Source: an uncultured bacterium
GTDB lineage: Bacteria > Vulcanimicrobiota > CADAWZ01
Assembly (NCBI GenBank): GCA_902791745.1
Contig: CADAWZ010000003.1
Location: 1 to 45,758 of the forward strand
Length of the DNA: 45,758 bases
Reading direction: 5' to 3'
Part shown: positions 37,964 through 45,758 of the stretch, piece by piece
Layout: every line of letters starts with the position of its first letter
Position numbering within the stretch: position 1 is the stretch's first letter
Position numbers and translations under genes: made by a program
Notes under the pieces: model-generated
Told to the model about the DNA's origin: nothing
Database searches by the model: none
What the model saw: only the letters and a program-made list of their open reading frames with translations

Positions 37964-38066
37964 TTTACTTAACTGGCAAAACATTTTTAATACATATATA
38001 GTTAATACAAAAAATAAATAAAAAGTTACTGAAAATTATCAAATATAGGCTTATATACTGCGACTT

Positions 38067-38237
38067 TGTCATTGCGAGGCTTTAGCCGTGGCAATCTCAA
38101 CCGCTTAATTTAAATTTAGTAATTTATGAAGTAGATCGAGTACAATATTATAAATATAGGCGATCGACTTAATTTTCAATCAAATAATAATTTACAGGCT
38201 TAGATTGCCACGGTCGCCCAGCTACCTTGCAATGACA
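38067..38237. repeat. Nested palindromic element (GTCATTGCGAG...GCAATGAC type)
   Basis: Outer IR TGTCATTGCGAGG/CCTTGCAATGACA, perfect inner IR CCGTGGCAATCT/AGATTGCCACGG, central AAGTAGATCG/CGATCGACTT. Confidence 0.8.
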
Positions 38238-38330
38238 TCTCTTCAAATAGAGTCTGTGTTTTGGTAGATTTTAAAATATTAATAAAAAAATTGAATTATT
38301 TACAGCAATAATCAATTTAATAAAAAAGAC

Positions 38331-38855
38331 ATGAGAATATTTACTGGATTTTTTACAAATAATGATACAAAATCAAAAATCAATGAATATATTGATTTTT
38401 TGAAAGAAAAATCTGTATCTGGTAATTTTACACATTTTAATAATATACATCTAACTTTGATTTTTTTAGGTGAAATCAATGACAGACAGTATAAATCACT
38501 TGTAAGAGCCGTTGAGAATGTTGAATTTTCTCCTTTTGAAATTCAATTTGACCAAATCGGAAAATTTGAAGGAAAAAGAGGTGAAAAAGGCGATCTCTAT
38601 TGGATTGGAGCGGATAAAAATGATGAGTTGAACTTTGTTTATAAATCATTGAAAAATGAGATTATGAAAGAAAAACTTACTTTTGACGCTAAAACATATA
38701 AGCCACATATAACTATTGGCAGGCAAGTTATTCTCAAAAATTCAAGTGAAGAACTCTGTAAAAAAATAACTCCTATCAATTTTAAGATAGACAAGATTAA
38801 TATAATCAAATCGGAAAGAACTCTAAATGGTATGAAATATGTAAAGTTAATGTAG
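38331..38855 (+). CDS. thpR: RNA 2',3'-cyclic phosphodiesterase (2H family)
   Basis: MRIF start, two HxT motifs (HLTLIFLG, PHITIGR), C-terminal S..T..G..Y. Confidence 0.9.
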   Translation: MRIFTGFFTNNDTKSKINEYIDFLKEKSVSGNFTHFNNIHLTLIFLGEINDRQYKSLVRAVENVEFSPFEIQFDQIGKFEGKRGEKGDLYWIGADKNDELNFVYKSLKNEIMKEKLTFDAKTYKPHITIGRQVILKNSSEELCKKITPINFKIDKINIIKSERTLNGMKYVKLM

Positions 38856-38865
38856 GGAGGTTTTT

Positions 38866-39210
38866 ATGAAAACAAAATTTTTACAACTTCATGATATGGG
38901 AGAGCTTATAATCGTAAATGCAGATGAAATAAGATTAGTAGAACCTTATAGCTTAGACGAAGAAGAAATGGAAGATGAAGATGAACTCGATGAAGATGAA
39001 GATGAACTCGATGAAGATGAAGACCTCGATGAAGAAGTAGAAAAAACAGAGAAAGAACTCAATGAAGATGAAGAAGAAATAGAAGAACTTGACGAAGAAG
39101 ATGAGTCTTCTGAAGATGGATATAAGGCTGTTATTTCTTACAAAGGTATTAAAAATAGCTATACATTCGTTGATGAAACACCAGAAGAAATTTGGGAAAT
39201 GCTCGAATAA
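38866..39210 (+). CDS. Highly acidic small protein with FlbD-like flanks around an Asp/Glu insertion
   Basis: GGAGG RBS; IIVNADEIRLVE...VISY...FVDETPEEI flanks resemble the FlbD pattern by eye. Confidence 0.7.
   Translation: MKTKFLQLHDMGELIIVNADEIRLVEPYSLDEEEMEDEDELDEDEDELDEDEDLDEEVEKTEKELNEDEEEIEELDEEDESSEDGYKAVISYKGIKNSYTFVDETPEEIWEMLE
38971..39030 (+). repeat. 21-bp coding tandem repeat (EDEDELD x2 plus a partial copy)
   Basis: GAAGATGAAGATGAACTCGAT at 38971 and 38992, then GAAGATGAAGACCTCGAT. Confidence 0.85.
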
Positions 39211-39228
39211 TAATTTTTAGAGTATCGT

Positions 39229-39274
39229 AAAAAAGTGGGGGTGTGAGATTTATATCTCACAATCCCATTTTTTT
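39229..39274 (+). terminator. Intrinsic terminator after the acidic protein gene
   Basis: TGGG..TGTGAGAT-TTAT-ATCTCACA..CCCA followed by a T run and preceded by an A run. Confidence 0.75.
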
Positions 39275-39279
39275 ATTTG

Positions 39280-39323
39280 TCAATTCGTTTATAAATTTTT
39301 AATAAAATTTATAAACGAATTGA
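39280..39323. repeat. Perfect 20-bp inverted repeat with a 4-nt spacer
   Basis: TCAATTCGTTTATAAATTTT-TAAT-AAAATTTATAAACGAATTGA. Confidence 0.9.
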
Positions 39324-39384
39324 TCCGTCAACTTCTAAAAGACCTAACAAAACAAATAAATTTAAAGATGAGGAACTTTGTTAT

Positions 39385-39627
39385 ATGACAGTTCCTTTTG
39401 ATTCTTTAAAAAATTTTGATTATAAAAAACTTACATTTGGAGGAAAACAAGCAAGTAAATTATCCCCTAAAGTAAAAAGGTATTTTAAAGTTTTTGCTAA
39501 AGTAAATTTAGAAAAATTGCTATTATTTTGGGAAAAAGGCATTTTAAATGAATATGAAAAGGATTGGAAATATTCTATTGAAGGTGAAATAGAAAAAGAA
39601 TCAAAAATATATGATTTAGGAGTGTGA
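39385..39627 (+). CDS. Hypothetical protein, possibly a 5'-truncated fragment
   Basis: 80-aa ORF with GAGG upstream; the frame is open back to 39295, inside the palindrome. Confidence 0.5.
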   Translation: MTVPFDSLKNFDYKKLTFGGKQASKLSPKVKRYFKVFAKVNLEKLLLFWEKGILNEYEKDWKYSIEGEIEKESKIYDLGV

Positions 39628-39630
39628 GGT

Positions 39631-40326
39631 ATGCGTAAGAGATATTACCCAAAAACAGGTAAAATTTATATTGAGAATGAAAATAGAGAATTTATTCTTA
39701 AAGATATTAAAGAACCAATAATTTTTACAGAAAATACTGAATATAAGCAAGTAACTAAAGGTATTGTTTTTCTAAAAAAATTTAGCAAATATGACTATGA
39801 AAACTATGAAGATGAAAAATTTGTAGATGTAAATGATAAAGATATACAAGAAGAATTATATTATAATGAATATGGCGATGGATGTTATATGGAAACAGAC
39901 GATTCGCCCTCACAAAGTGAATTTAAACAATATACCGAAGAAGAAAAAATTAGAGATTTGGAAATTGAAAAATATTGTAAAGATAGATATAAAGCATTTA
40001 AAAGCAACATTAAGAAAATTGTTCCTATTAAAGAATTGCCTATGAATTTAATTCTTGCTATGGGAGACGATAGACATATACCTATAATTAAGTTCGATAA
40101 TAATATAGGAAATTTAGATATCTATCATTTTGATAGCGATATTAATCCAGACATTACCATAAGTAGTGATAAACCTAAAATAAGAGGCGGTATAGGAGAT
40201 TTATTTAAATCTGAATTTGATTATTTAGTAAAATTTGTAGCTGAAAATCATAATACTTTGTTACAATATTGGGCTTATAAATGCGATGAAGAACAAGTTT
40301 TACAGTGGCTGGATTTTGATGTCTAA
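39631..40326 (+). CDS. Hypothetical protein
   Basis: 231-aa ORF with GGAG/GAGG upstream, 3 bp after the previous stop. Confidence 0.72.
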   Translation: MRKRYYPKTGKIYIENENREFILKDIKEPIIFTENTEYKQVTKGIVFLKKFSKYDYENYEDEKFVDVNDKDIQEELYYNEYGDGCYMETDDSPSQSEFKQYTEEEKIRDLEIEKYCKDRYKAFKSNIKKIVPIKELPMNLILAMGDDRHIPIIKFDNNIGNLDIYHFDSDINPDITISSDKPKIRGGIGDLFKSEFDYLVKFVAENHNTLLQYWAYKCDEEQVLQWLDFDV

Positions 40327-40341
40327 CTAATCAACTAATAC

Positions 40342-40387
40342 ATAAAAAATTCCCTTCCTTATTTTTACAATAGGAAAGGGAATTTTT
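40342..40387. terminator. Bidirectional intrinsic terminator between convergent genes
   Basis: AAAAATTCCCTTCCTTATT...AATAGGAAAGGGAATTTTT; near-copy of the terminator at 30430. Confidence 0.82.
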
Positions 40388-40400
40388 GTTTTTCTACTAT

Positions 40401-40874
40401 TTATTCTTTTGAAGATTGGATTGCGTCCATAGTCAAGTCTTTAAATATGTTTACCCAAGTATTAATTACATTATCATTATTAGCTTTTTGCATTGCGTCA
40501 AGTTCATTTTGCGAATTGCTATTTTTGATCTGAGCCTGTATCTGCCCTATTTTCTGTGTAAGTCTCAAAAACTCATTTTTTAATGCAGTATTCTGAGCTG
40601 TATCAACAATTTTTTTCATAAGCTCTGCCTGCTCTTTTGCAAGTTTGTCCATTTTGTCTTGCATTTGAGCAAGTAATGCCATATTTCTTGAAAGGCTCAT
40701 ACTTCTTCCTGTTGATTCCATATCTTGACTTACTGCAACAAGTCTTTTTAATACTTCTTTTAAATTCGCTTTTGATAAAGGACCTGGAGGAGTTTTCAAA
40801 GGAGCAGAGGCTCCTATTGGAATTCCGAATACACCTGCTGGAGGTTGATTAAAATGACCGCTGAAATTATTCAT
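40401..40874 (-). CDS. Hypothetical alpha-helical protein
   Basis: 157-aa ORF 21 bp downstream of kbl; Pro/Gly-rich N-terminus followed by Gln/Lys/Asn-rich helices. Confidence 0.72.
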   Translation of the reverse strand: MNNFSGHFNQPPAGVFGIPIGASAPLKTPPGPLSKANLKEVLKRLVAVSQDMESTGRSMSLSRNMALLAQMQDKMDKLAKEQAELMKKIVDTAQNTALKNEFLRLTQKIGQIQAQIKNSNSQNELDAMQKANNDNVINTWVNIFKDLTMDAIQSSKE

Positions 40875-40895
40875 ATTTTCGCCTTTCAGATTTAG

Positions 40896-42068
40896 TTATT
40901 TGATTATATTTAATTCTTTTCCAGTCTCTTCAAAAATCTTTAATGCAAAATCAAGGTCTTCTATTGAGTGGGAACTGCTTATCATAACTCTTATTCTTGC
41001 TTTGCCTCTTGGAACTGTCGGGAATCCGATTGACATTGCAAATATTCCTTTTTCAAAGAGTTTCTTTGAAAATTCCTGAGCAACATGTGCTTCTCCCAAC
41101 ATTACTGGAGTAATAGGAGTTTCAGAAATGCCTGTGTCAAATCCTAATTTTTTCATTCCTGCTTTGAAGTGATTTGTATTTTTCCAAAGTTTTTTAACTC
41201 TTTCATCTGACTCTGTCATTATGTTTATTGCTTCTATTGAAGCACCAGCATCTGCAGGAGTTACAGCTGATGAAAATAGGAATGGTCTTGCCTTTTGTTT
41301 TAAGAAGTCGATTACTTTTTGTTTACCTGAAACAAATCCACCTACAATTCCAAATGCCTTTGAAAGTGTTCCAACTTCAAAATCTATTCTTCCATGTACT
41401 CCTAAATGATGTGCAATACCTCTTCCATGGTCACCTAAAACGCCTTCGCCATGTGCATCATCAACCATTGTCATTGCACCATATTTTTCAGCTAAATCAC
41501 AAATTTCTTTTAATGGAGCAATATCTCCGTCCATTGAAAATACACCATCTGTGATTATGAGCTTATTTTTTACATCTTTTGCTTCTTTTAATTTTTCTTC
41601 GAGGCTTTCAGGATCATTATGTTTATAGATAAACCTTTGAGCTTTTGAAAGTCTTACCCCATCAATGATTGAAGCATGATTTAGTTCGTCTGTAAATACT
41701 GCATCTTCTTTTGCAGATACGATTGAAGGGATTACGGCTTGGTTTGCTACAAATCCTGATTGTAATGAAAGAGTTGCTTCTGTCTGTTTAAATTCGGAAA
41801 TCTTTTTTTCTAATTCAATATGAAATGACATTGTGCCTGCTATACTTCTTACAGCTCCTGGACCTGCACCATACATGTCCATATATCTTTTTGCACCATC
41901 AACTAATCTTTTTTCGCCTGCCAATCCTAAATAATTATTTGAACAAAGATTTAGAACTTTCTTGCCATCAACTACAATCCATGCACCTTGTGGGCTTTCT
42001 ATTGTTCTTATATTATTGTAAAGACCAACTTCTTTAAGGCGTTTTATTTCTTCATCAATAAAATTCAT
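40896..42068 (-). CDS. kbl: Glycine C-acetyltransferase (2-amino-3-ketobutyrate CoA ligase)
   Basis: [56 protein letters not shown]; adjacent to tdh. Confidence 0.92.
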   Translation of the reverse strand: MNFIDEEIKRLKEVGLYNNIRTIESPQGAWIVVDGKKVLNLCSNNYLGLAGEKRLVDGAKRYMDMYGAGPGAVRSIAGTMSFHIELEKKISEFKQTEATLSLQSGFVANQAVIPSIVSAKEDAVFTDELNHASIIDGVRLSKAQRFIYKHNDPESLEEKLKEAKDVKNKLIITDGVFSMDGDIAPLKEICDLAEKYGAMTMVDDAHGEGVLGDHGRGIAHHLGVHGRIDFEVGTLSKAFGIVGGFVSGKQKVIDFLKQKARPFLFSSAVTPADAGASIEAINIMTESDERVKKLWKNTNHFKAGMKKLGFDTGISETPITPVMLGEAHVAQEFSKKLFEKGIFAMSIGFPTVPRGKARIRVMISSSHSIEDLDFALKIFEETGKELNIIK

Positions 42069-42128
42069 ACACAGACCTCCTCTTTCGTTGTTATTTTTTT
42101 GAAAATTTTAAATTAACTTAACTTTCTG

Positions 42129-42323
42129 GAGCTTGTTGGTAAATTATCCAATAGCCAATTTTGTGCGATATAATTAAACAAACGCATCAGTTTTTTTCAT
42201 AATAGATATAATAAAAAAGCTCTTAATTTGCGAAAAAAACTGTCTAAGTGAGTGTATTATATCCAAAAATTGGCGTAACCGTAAATAATTAAATATGTGA
42301 AAATAGATTTTACCAACACACTC
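42129..42323. mobile_element. MITE-like hairpin element, copy E (complete, both TIRs)
   Basis: TIRs GAGCTTGTTGGTAAA / TTTACCAACACACTC (13/15 match); internal hairpin near-identical to copy D; sits between tdh and kbl. Confidence 0.82.
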
Positions 42324-42327
42324 TAAT

Positions 42328-43383
42328 TTATTTATTTAACAAAACAATTTTTCCACATTCAGATTCAGGAGAATTTAAAATTTCAAATCCTTTTTTATAA
42401 TCTTCAAGTGGAATCTTATGTGTAATTACTGGCGATACATCAAGTCTTTTTGAAGAAAGAAAGTTTCTTACCTCAATCCAAGTTTGGAACATTTTTCTTC
42501 CTGTTATTCCTATAAGATTAATGCCCTTGAATATAATTCCATTTGCATAATCAAGTGTTATATCTCTTGAAGGAATTCCAAAAGCCGTATATCTTCCACC
42601 TCTTCTAACAACTTTGAAAGCATTTTCTATTGCAACTGCTGCACCTGACATTTCAAGCACTACATCTGTTCCAACTCCATGGGTTTTCTCTTTTATGTAT
42701 TCATATACATTTACTTCATCTGTATGTAAAATATGGTCTGCTCCCATTTTTTTTGCTATTTGTAACTTAAATTTGTTTTTACCTATAACAAAAATTTCGG
42801 ATGCCCCTGAAGCTCTTGCAACTCCTGTTGCAAAAAGTCCTGTTGGTCCATCCCCAAAAATTGCAACAGTGTGACCATTTATTCCCCCTCCTTCAAGGGT
42901 TGCATATACAGCATTCCCAAGAGGCTCTTGAATACTTGCATATTCAAAAGGTATTGAAGGATCATTTTTCCAACAGACTATTTCTGGAATAACTGCATAT
43001 TCTGCAAAACAACCATTTATATCAACACCTAATATTTTTAATTCATTGCAAATATGCATTTGACCTGTCAAACATTGTGGACAATGACCACATGGTATGT
43101 GCGTCTCTGCAGATATAAAATCTCCAACTTTTACACGCTTTACACGAGAACCAACTTCAACGACTTCTCCTGAAAATTCATGTCCAAGTGTTTGAGGAAC
43201 ATTTTGTATTCTGCCTTCTGCCCAACCATCCCAGTTATATATGTGAACATCTGTTCCACATATAGATGTTGCTTTTACTTTTACTAAAACTTCATTTGGA
43301 GCAGGTTTTGGAATAGGAATTGTCAAAAGTTCTGCCCCTTTTTCTCTTTTAGTTTTTACTACTGCTTTCATGTTGTCAGACAT
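42328..43383 (-). CDS. tdh: L-threonine 3-dehydrogenase
   Basis: SICGTDVHIYNWD, GHEFSG, AETHIPCGHCPQC, QEPLGNA, GDGPTG, GITGRKMFQTW. Confidence 0.95.
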   Translation of the reverse strand: MSDNMKAVVKTKREKGAELLTIPIPKPAPNEVLVKVKATSICGTDVHIYNWDGWAEGRIQNVPQTLGHEFSGEVVEVGSRVKRVKVGDFISAETHIPCGHCPQCLTGQMHICNELKILGVDINGCFAEYAVIPEIVCWKNDPSIPFEYASIQEPLGNAVYATLEGGGINGHTVAIFGDGPTGLFATGVARASGASEIFVIGKNKFKLQIAKKMGADHILHTDEVNVYEYIKEKTHGVGTDVVLEMSGAAVAIENAFKVVRRGGRYTAFGIPSRDITLDYANGIIFKGINLIGITGRKMFQTWIEVRNFLSSKRLDVSPVITHKIPLEDYKKGFEILNSPESECGKIVLLNK

Positions 43384-43433
43384 TTTGTTTTTTAAAACCC
43401 CTTTCTCTCTGTTTAGAGAGTATATAAAGATTT

Positions 43434-44264
43434 TTAAATTAACTGTTCAAAAATTAATCCTGTATTATTCTTCATAGCTTCTTCTGCAAACATTCCAAGT
43501 ATATCGAGCTGTCTTTTAAAGACATGTGAAGCCTTTTCATCAGAAGCTACGAGTTCTTGACCACCATAACCGTCTTGATTGTTCCAATTTGGAAATTTAC
43601 CCAAAACAGGTACAAAAGTATGTATTTTTCCCTCTGCTGTGAGTCCATAAACTCCAAATCCTTCTTTGTATAATTTTACAAAAGGATATGGAGCTCTATT
43701 TCCAAAACTATCTTTTACAAGAATACCATTTTTATTTCTACCCCAATAATATGAATCTGATCCATTTGGATATGTATCATCTTCTTCGCCTTCCCAAGGA
43801 TAGAAAAGTTCATGTTCACCACCTGTGTCATCTGGTACCATAACAGGTTGACCATCCGTCATGACTTTTGCAACAGGCCATTTTACATCATCGAGCAATT
43901 TTCTAAAATCTTCCATTTCATTATATAATTGTCTTACAATATCTATATCTATAAAATCATGGTAGAGTTTGTAATTTAAAAGAACTGATTCAGGCATGTA
44001 TTTTACAAGAATATTTAAAAAAGCAGGAAGTCCTTCTATTTCAGTATGACAACCTTCACAGGTTTGTTTTATATTTAAAGGACATTGTTCACATATTGCA
44101 GGTAGTGTCTGATCGCCTGCCATTATATATGCTTGTCTTATCATATCCCATTGAAATCTGATTTTACCATTATCATAAAAATCATCAATTTTTTCTTGAT
44201 ATGGTCTGCAAGCTCTATAACTTACTCTGAATATGTCCAATTTCAAATCGTGCCATGTTTGCAT
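43434..44264 (-). CDS. Hypothetical protein with Cys cluster
   Basis: GGAG RBS; YRAC...ICEQCPLN...CEGC. Confidence 0.78.
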   Translation of the reverse strand: MQTWHDLKLDIFRVSYRACRPYQEKIDDFYDNGKIRFQWDMIRQAYIMAGDQTLPAICEQCPLNIKQTCEGCHTEIEGLPAFLNILVKYMPESVLLNYKLYHDFIDIDIVRQLYNEMEDFRKLLDDVKWPVAKVMTDGQPVMVPDDTGGEHELFYPWEGEEDDTYPNGSDSYYWGRNKNGILVKDSFGNRAPYPFVKLYKEGFGVYGLTAEGKIHTFVPVLGKFPNWNNQDGYGGQELVASDEKASHVFKRQLDILGMFAEEAMKNNTGLIFEQLI

Positions 44265-44415
44265 GTTTTGTAACTCCCGTTTTATACAGGTTTTAACCGC
44301 CTAATTTTGTGGTTTAAAAATTTCTTCTCTGTGATATTTTAAAAAACCTTCAAATAAATACTATCATATTATTAAATATTTTTAGCTTTATGAACAAATT
44401 TATTTTAAAAAAAAA

Positions 44416-44596
44416 GGGAGCTGTAAAAAAAACTCCTATTAGTATATAAAAAATTTCTGTAAAGTGAAAATTTACCATTTAGTTTTCTGTGTAATACATT
44501 CACTCCAACTCCGCTTCGCTCTAATTCCATTCATTATATCACACAGAAAACTATTGACATACTCAAAATTTTTGTATCCTTTTTTTTCACAGCCCC
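44416..44596. mobile_element. MITE-like hairpin element, copy C (different TIRs, same core)
   Basis: TIRs GGAGCTGTAAAAAAAA / TTTTTTTCACAGCCCC; perfect 13-bp stem TAGTTTTCTGTGT/ACACAGAAAACTA; core 36/39 identical to copy B. Confidence 0.8.
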
Positions 44597-44603
44597 AAAA
44601 TAA

Positions 44604-45758
44604 TTATTCGTGATTAAGTGCGTCTATTGGATTAAGTTTTGAGGCTTTATATGCAGGATAAAATCCAAAAAAAATTCCAACACCAGCTGAGAATAAAAAT
44701 GAAACAATAATTGAGTCTGTTGAAATAAAAGTATTTAAATCTGGAACAAACTTGGGAACAGATTGTGAAAGTGCAATTCCAAATATAATTCCTATTATTC
44801 CACCCATTATGGAAAGTGTCATTGACTCAAATAAAAACTGTCTTAAAATATCACTACCTCTTGCTCCTAAAGACATTCTGATACCAATTTCTCTTATTCT
44901 TTCAGTTACAGAAACAAGCATTATATTCATAATTCCTATTCCACCGACCAAAAGAGATATAGAAGCAATAGCCAATAAAAATAATGTCAACATTTTTGTT
45001 GTCTCTGTTCTTTTTTCTATCATATCTACTTGGGAATTTATTCTAAAATCATCCTCAGTATCTTCTGCTAAATGATGTCTCTGTCTCAAAAGAGTTGTAA
45101 TTTCATCTATTGCCTCTTCTATATGTTCGTCTGAAGATATAGAACAATATATCGACCATAAAAATTTATTTTTATATAAACGAGCCTTAACCGTTGTATA
45201 AGGCATTAATAAAAAATTATCTTGATAATCTATTTCAGTCGTTCCTTTTGATTTTAAAACCCCAATAACTCTAAATGGAATATTTTTTACTCTTATAAAT
45301 TGGTCTATAGGGTCTTCTCCATTAAATAATTCCTCTAAAATAGTATTACCTATTAAACAAACTTGATTAGCATTTTTTACATCCTCTTCTGTAAAAAATT
45401 CACCTTCCGTGATTGACCAATTCCCAATTTTATCATAATCTTTTGAAACGCCATTAAAAATTGCATTCCAATTTTCATTTCCATACACAACCTGTGCATT
45501 TGCATTAATCTTAGGAGAAGCATAATTTACATAAACACATTCATTTTCTATAGCCTCACAATCTCCTAAAGTCAATGTCCTTGCAACACCTTGACGAACT
45601 CCATTAATTGTTATTTGCTTTGGCGTGATAATCAAAAGATTTGTTCCAAGTGAAGCTATTTTATCTTCAATAGCTTTAGAAGCACCTTGACCAATACTTA
45701 CTAAAACAATAACAGAAGCAACACCTATTATTATTCCAAGCATTGTCAAAAAAGCTCT
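44604..45758 (-). CDS. MacB/FtsX-family ABC transporter permease, 5' end outside the window
   Basis: LTMLGIIIGVASV, SISLLVGGIGIMNIMLVSVTERIREIGIR..LGA, GIFFGFYPA.KASKLNPIDAL. Confidence 0.95.
   Translation of the reverse strand, partial: RAFLTMLGIIIGVASVIVLVSIGQGASKAIEDKIASLGTNLLIITPKQITINGVRQGVARTLTLGDCEAIENECVYVNYASPKINANAQVVYGNENWNAIFNGVSKDYDKIGNWSITEGEFFTEEDVKNANQVCLIGNTILEELFNGEDPIDQFIRVKNIPFRVIGVLKSKGTTEIDYQDNFLLMPYTTVKARLYKNKFLWSIYCSISSDEHIEEAIDEITTLLRQRHHLAEDTEDDFRINSQVDMIEKRTETTKMLTLFLLAIASISLLVGGIGIMNIMLVSVTERIREIGIRMSLGARGSDILRQFLFESMTLSIMGGIIGIIFGIALSQSVPKFVPDLNTFISTDSIIVSFLFSAGVGIFFGFYPAYKASKLNPIDALNHE

Noticed and set aside
38067-38237. Palindromic element considered as an integron attC site
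   Set aside because: Lacks RYYYAAC/GTTRRRY ends; no integrase or cassette array.
3456-43000. Many 60-200 aa ORFs antisense or out of frame to clear genes (e.g. 3456-3872, 14287-14799, 19350-19850, 29220-29819, 34042-34518)
   Set aside because: Ser/Phe/Ile-rich mirror translations of AT-rich coding strands with no motifs, lying inside well-supported genes.

Overview
Strongly AT-rich bacterial chromosomal segment from a probably anaerobic, Terrabacteria-like organism; the taxon cannot be fixed from the sequence alone. The left end (minus strand) holds a cyclodeaminase/cyclohydrolase (runs off the window), a core MetE-type methionine synthase, a SCIFF ranthipeptide precursor missed by the ORF track and lacking an adjacent radical-SAM maturase, a small Cys-rich protein, a degenerate Hpt and a repeat-containing hypothetical. 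4233-21657 is a dcw cluster: rsmH-ftsL-ftsI-murE-murF-mraY-murD-ftsW-murG-murC-ftsQ-DUF881-sbp-ftsA-ftsZ-DUF1844. It is followed by a PspA/IM30 (ESCRT-III-like) gene, a membrane coiled-coil gene, a two-domain classic AAA+ ATPase, a helical protein and DedA. The rest is mixed metabolism: Crp/Fnr, MBL hydrolase, RdgB, ECF S component, ATP-grasp, NUDIX, GT4, acyl-CoA dehydrogenase-EtfB-ferredoxin/EtfA, ThpR, tdh-kbl and a MacB-type permease. The intergenic spaces carry five copies of a MITE-like hairpin family whose conserved purine-rich core shows covarying stems around a tandem G.A motif, with a GCGAAGC mini-hairpin in three copies. There is also one unrelated nested palindromic element. The best leads are the PspA + AAA+ module, the orphan SCIFF locus and the structured repeat family. 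No rRNA, tRNA, CRISPR array or transposase was seen.
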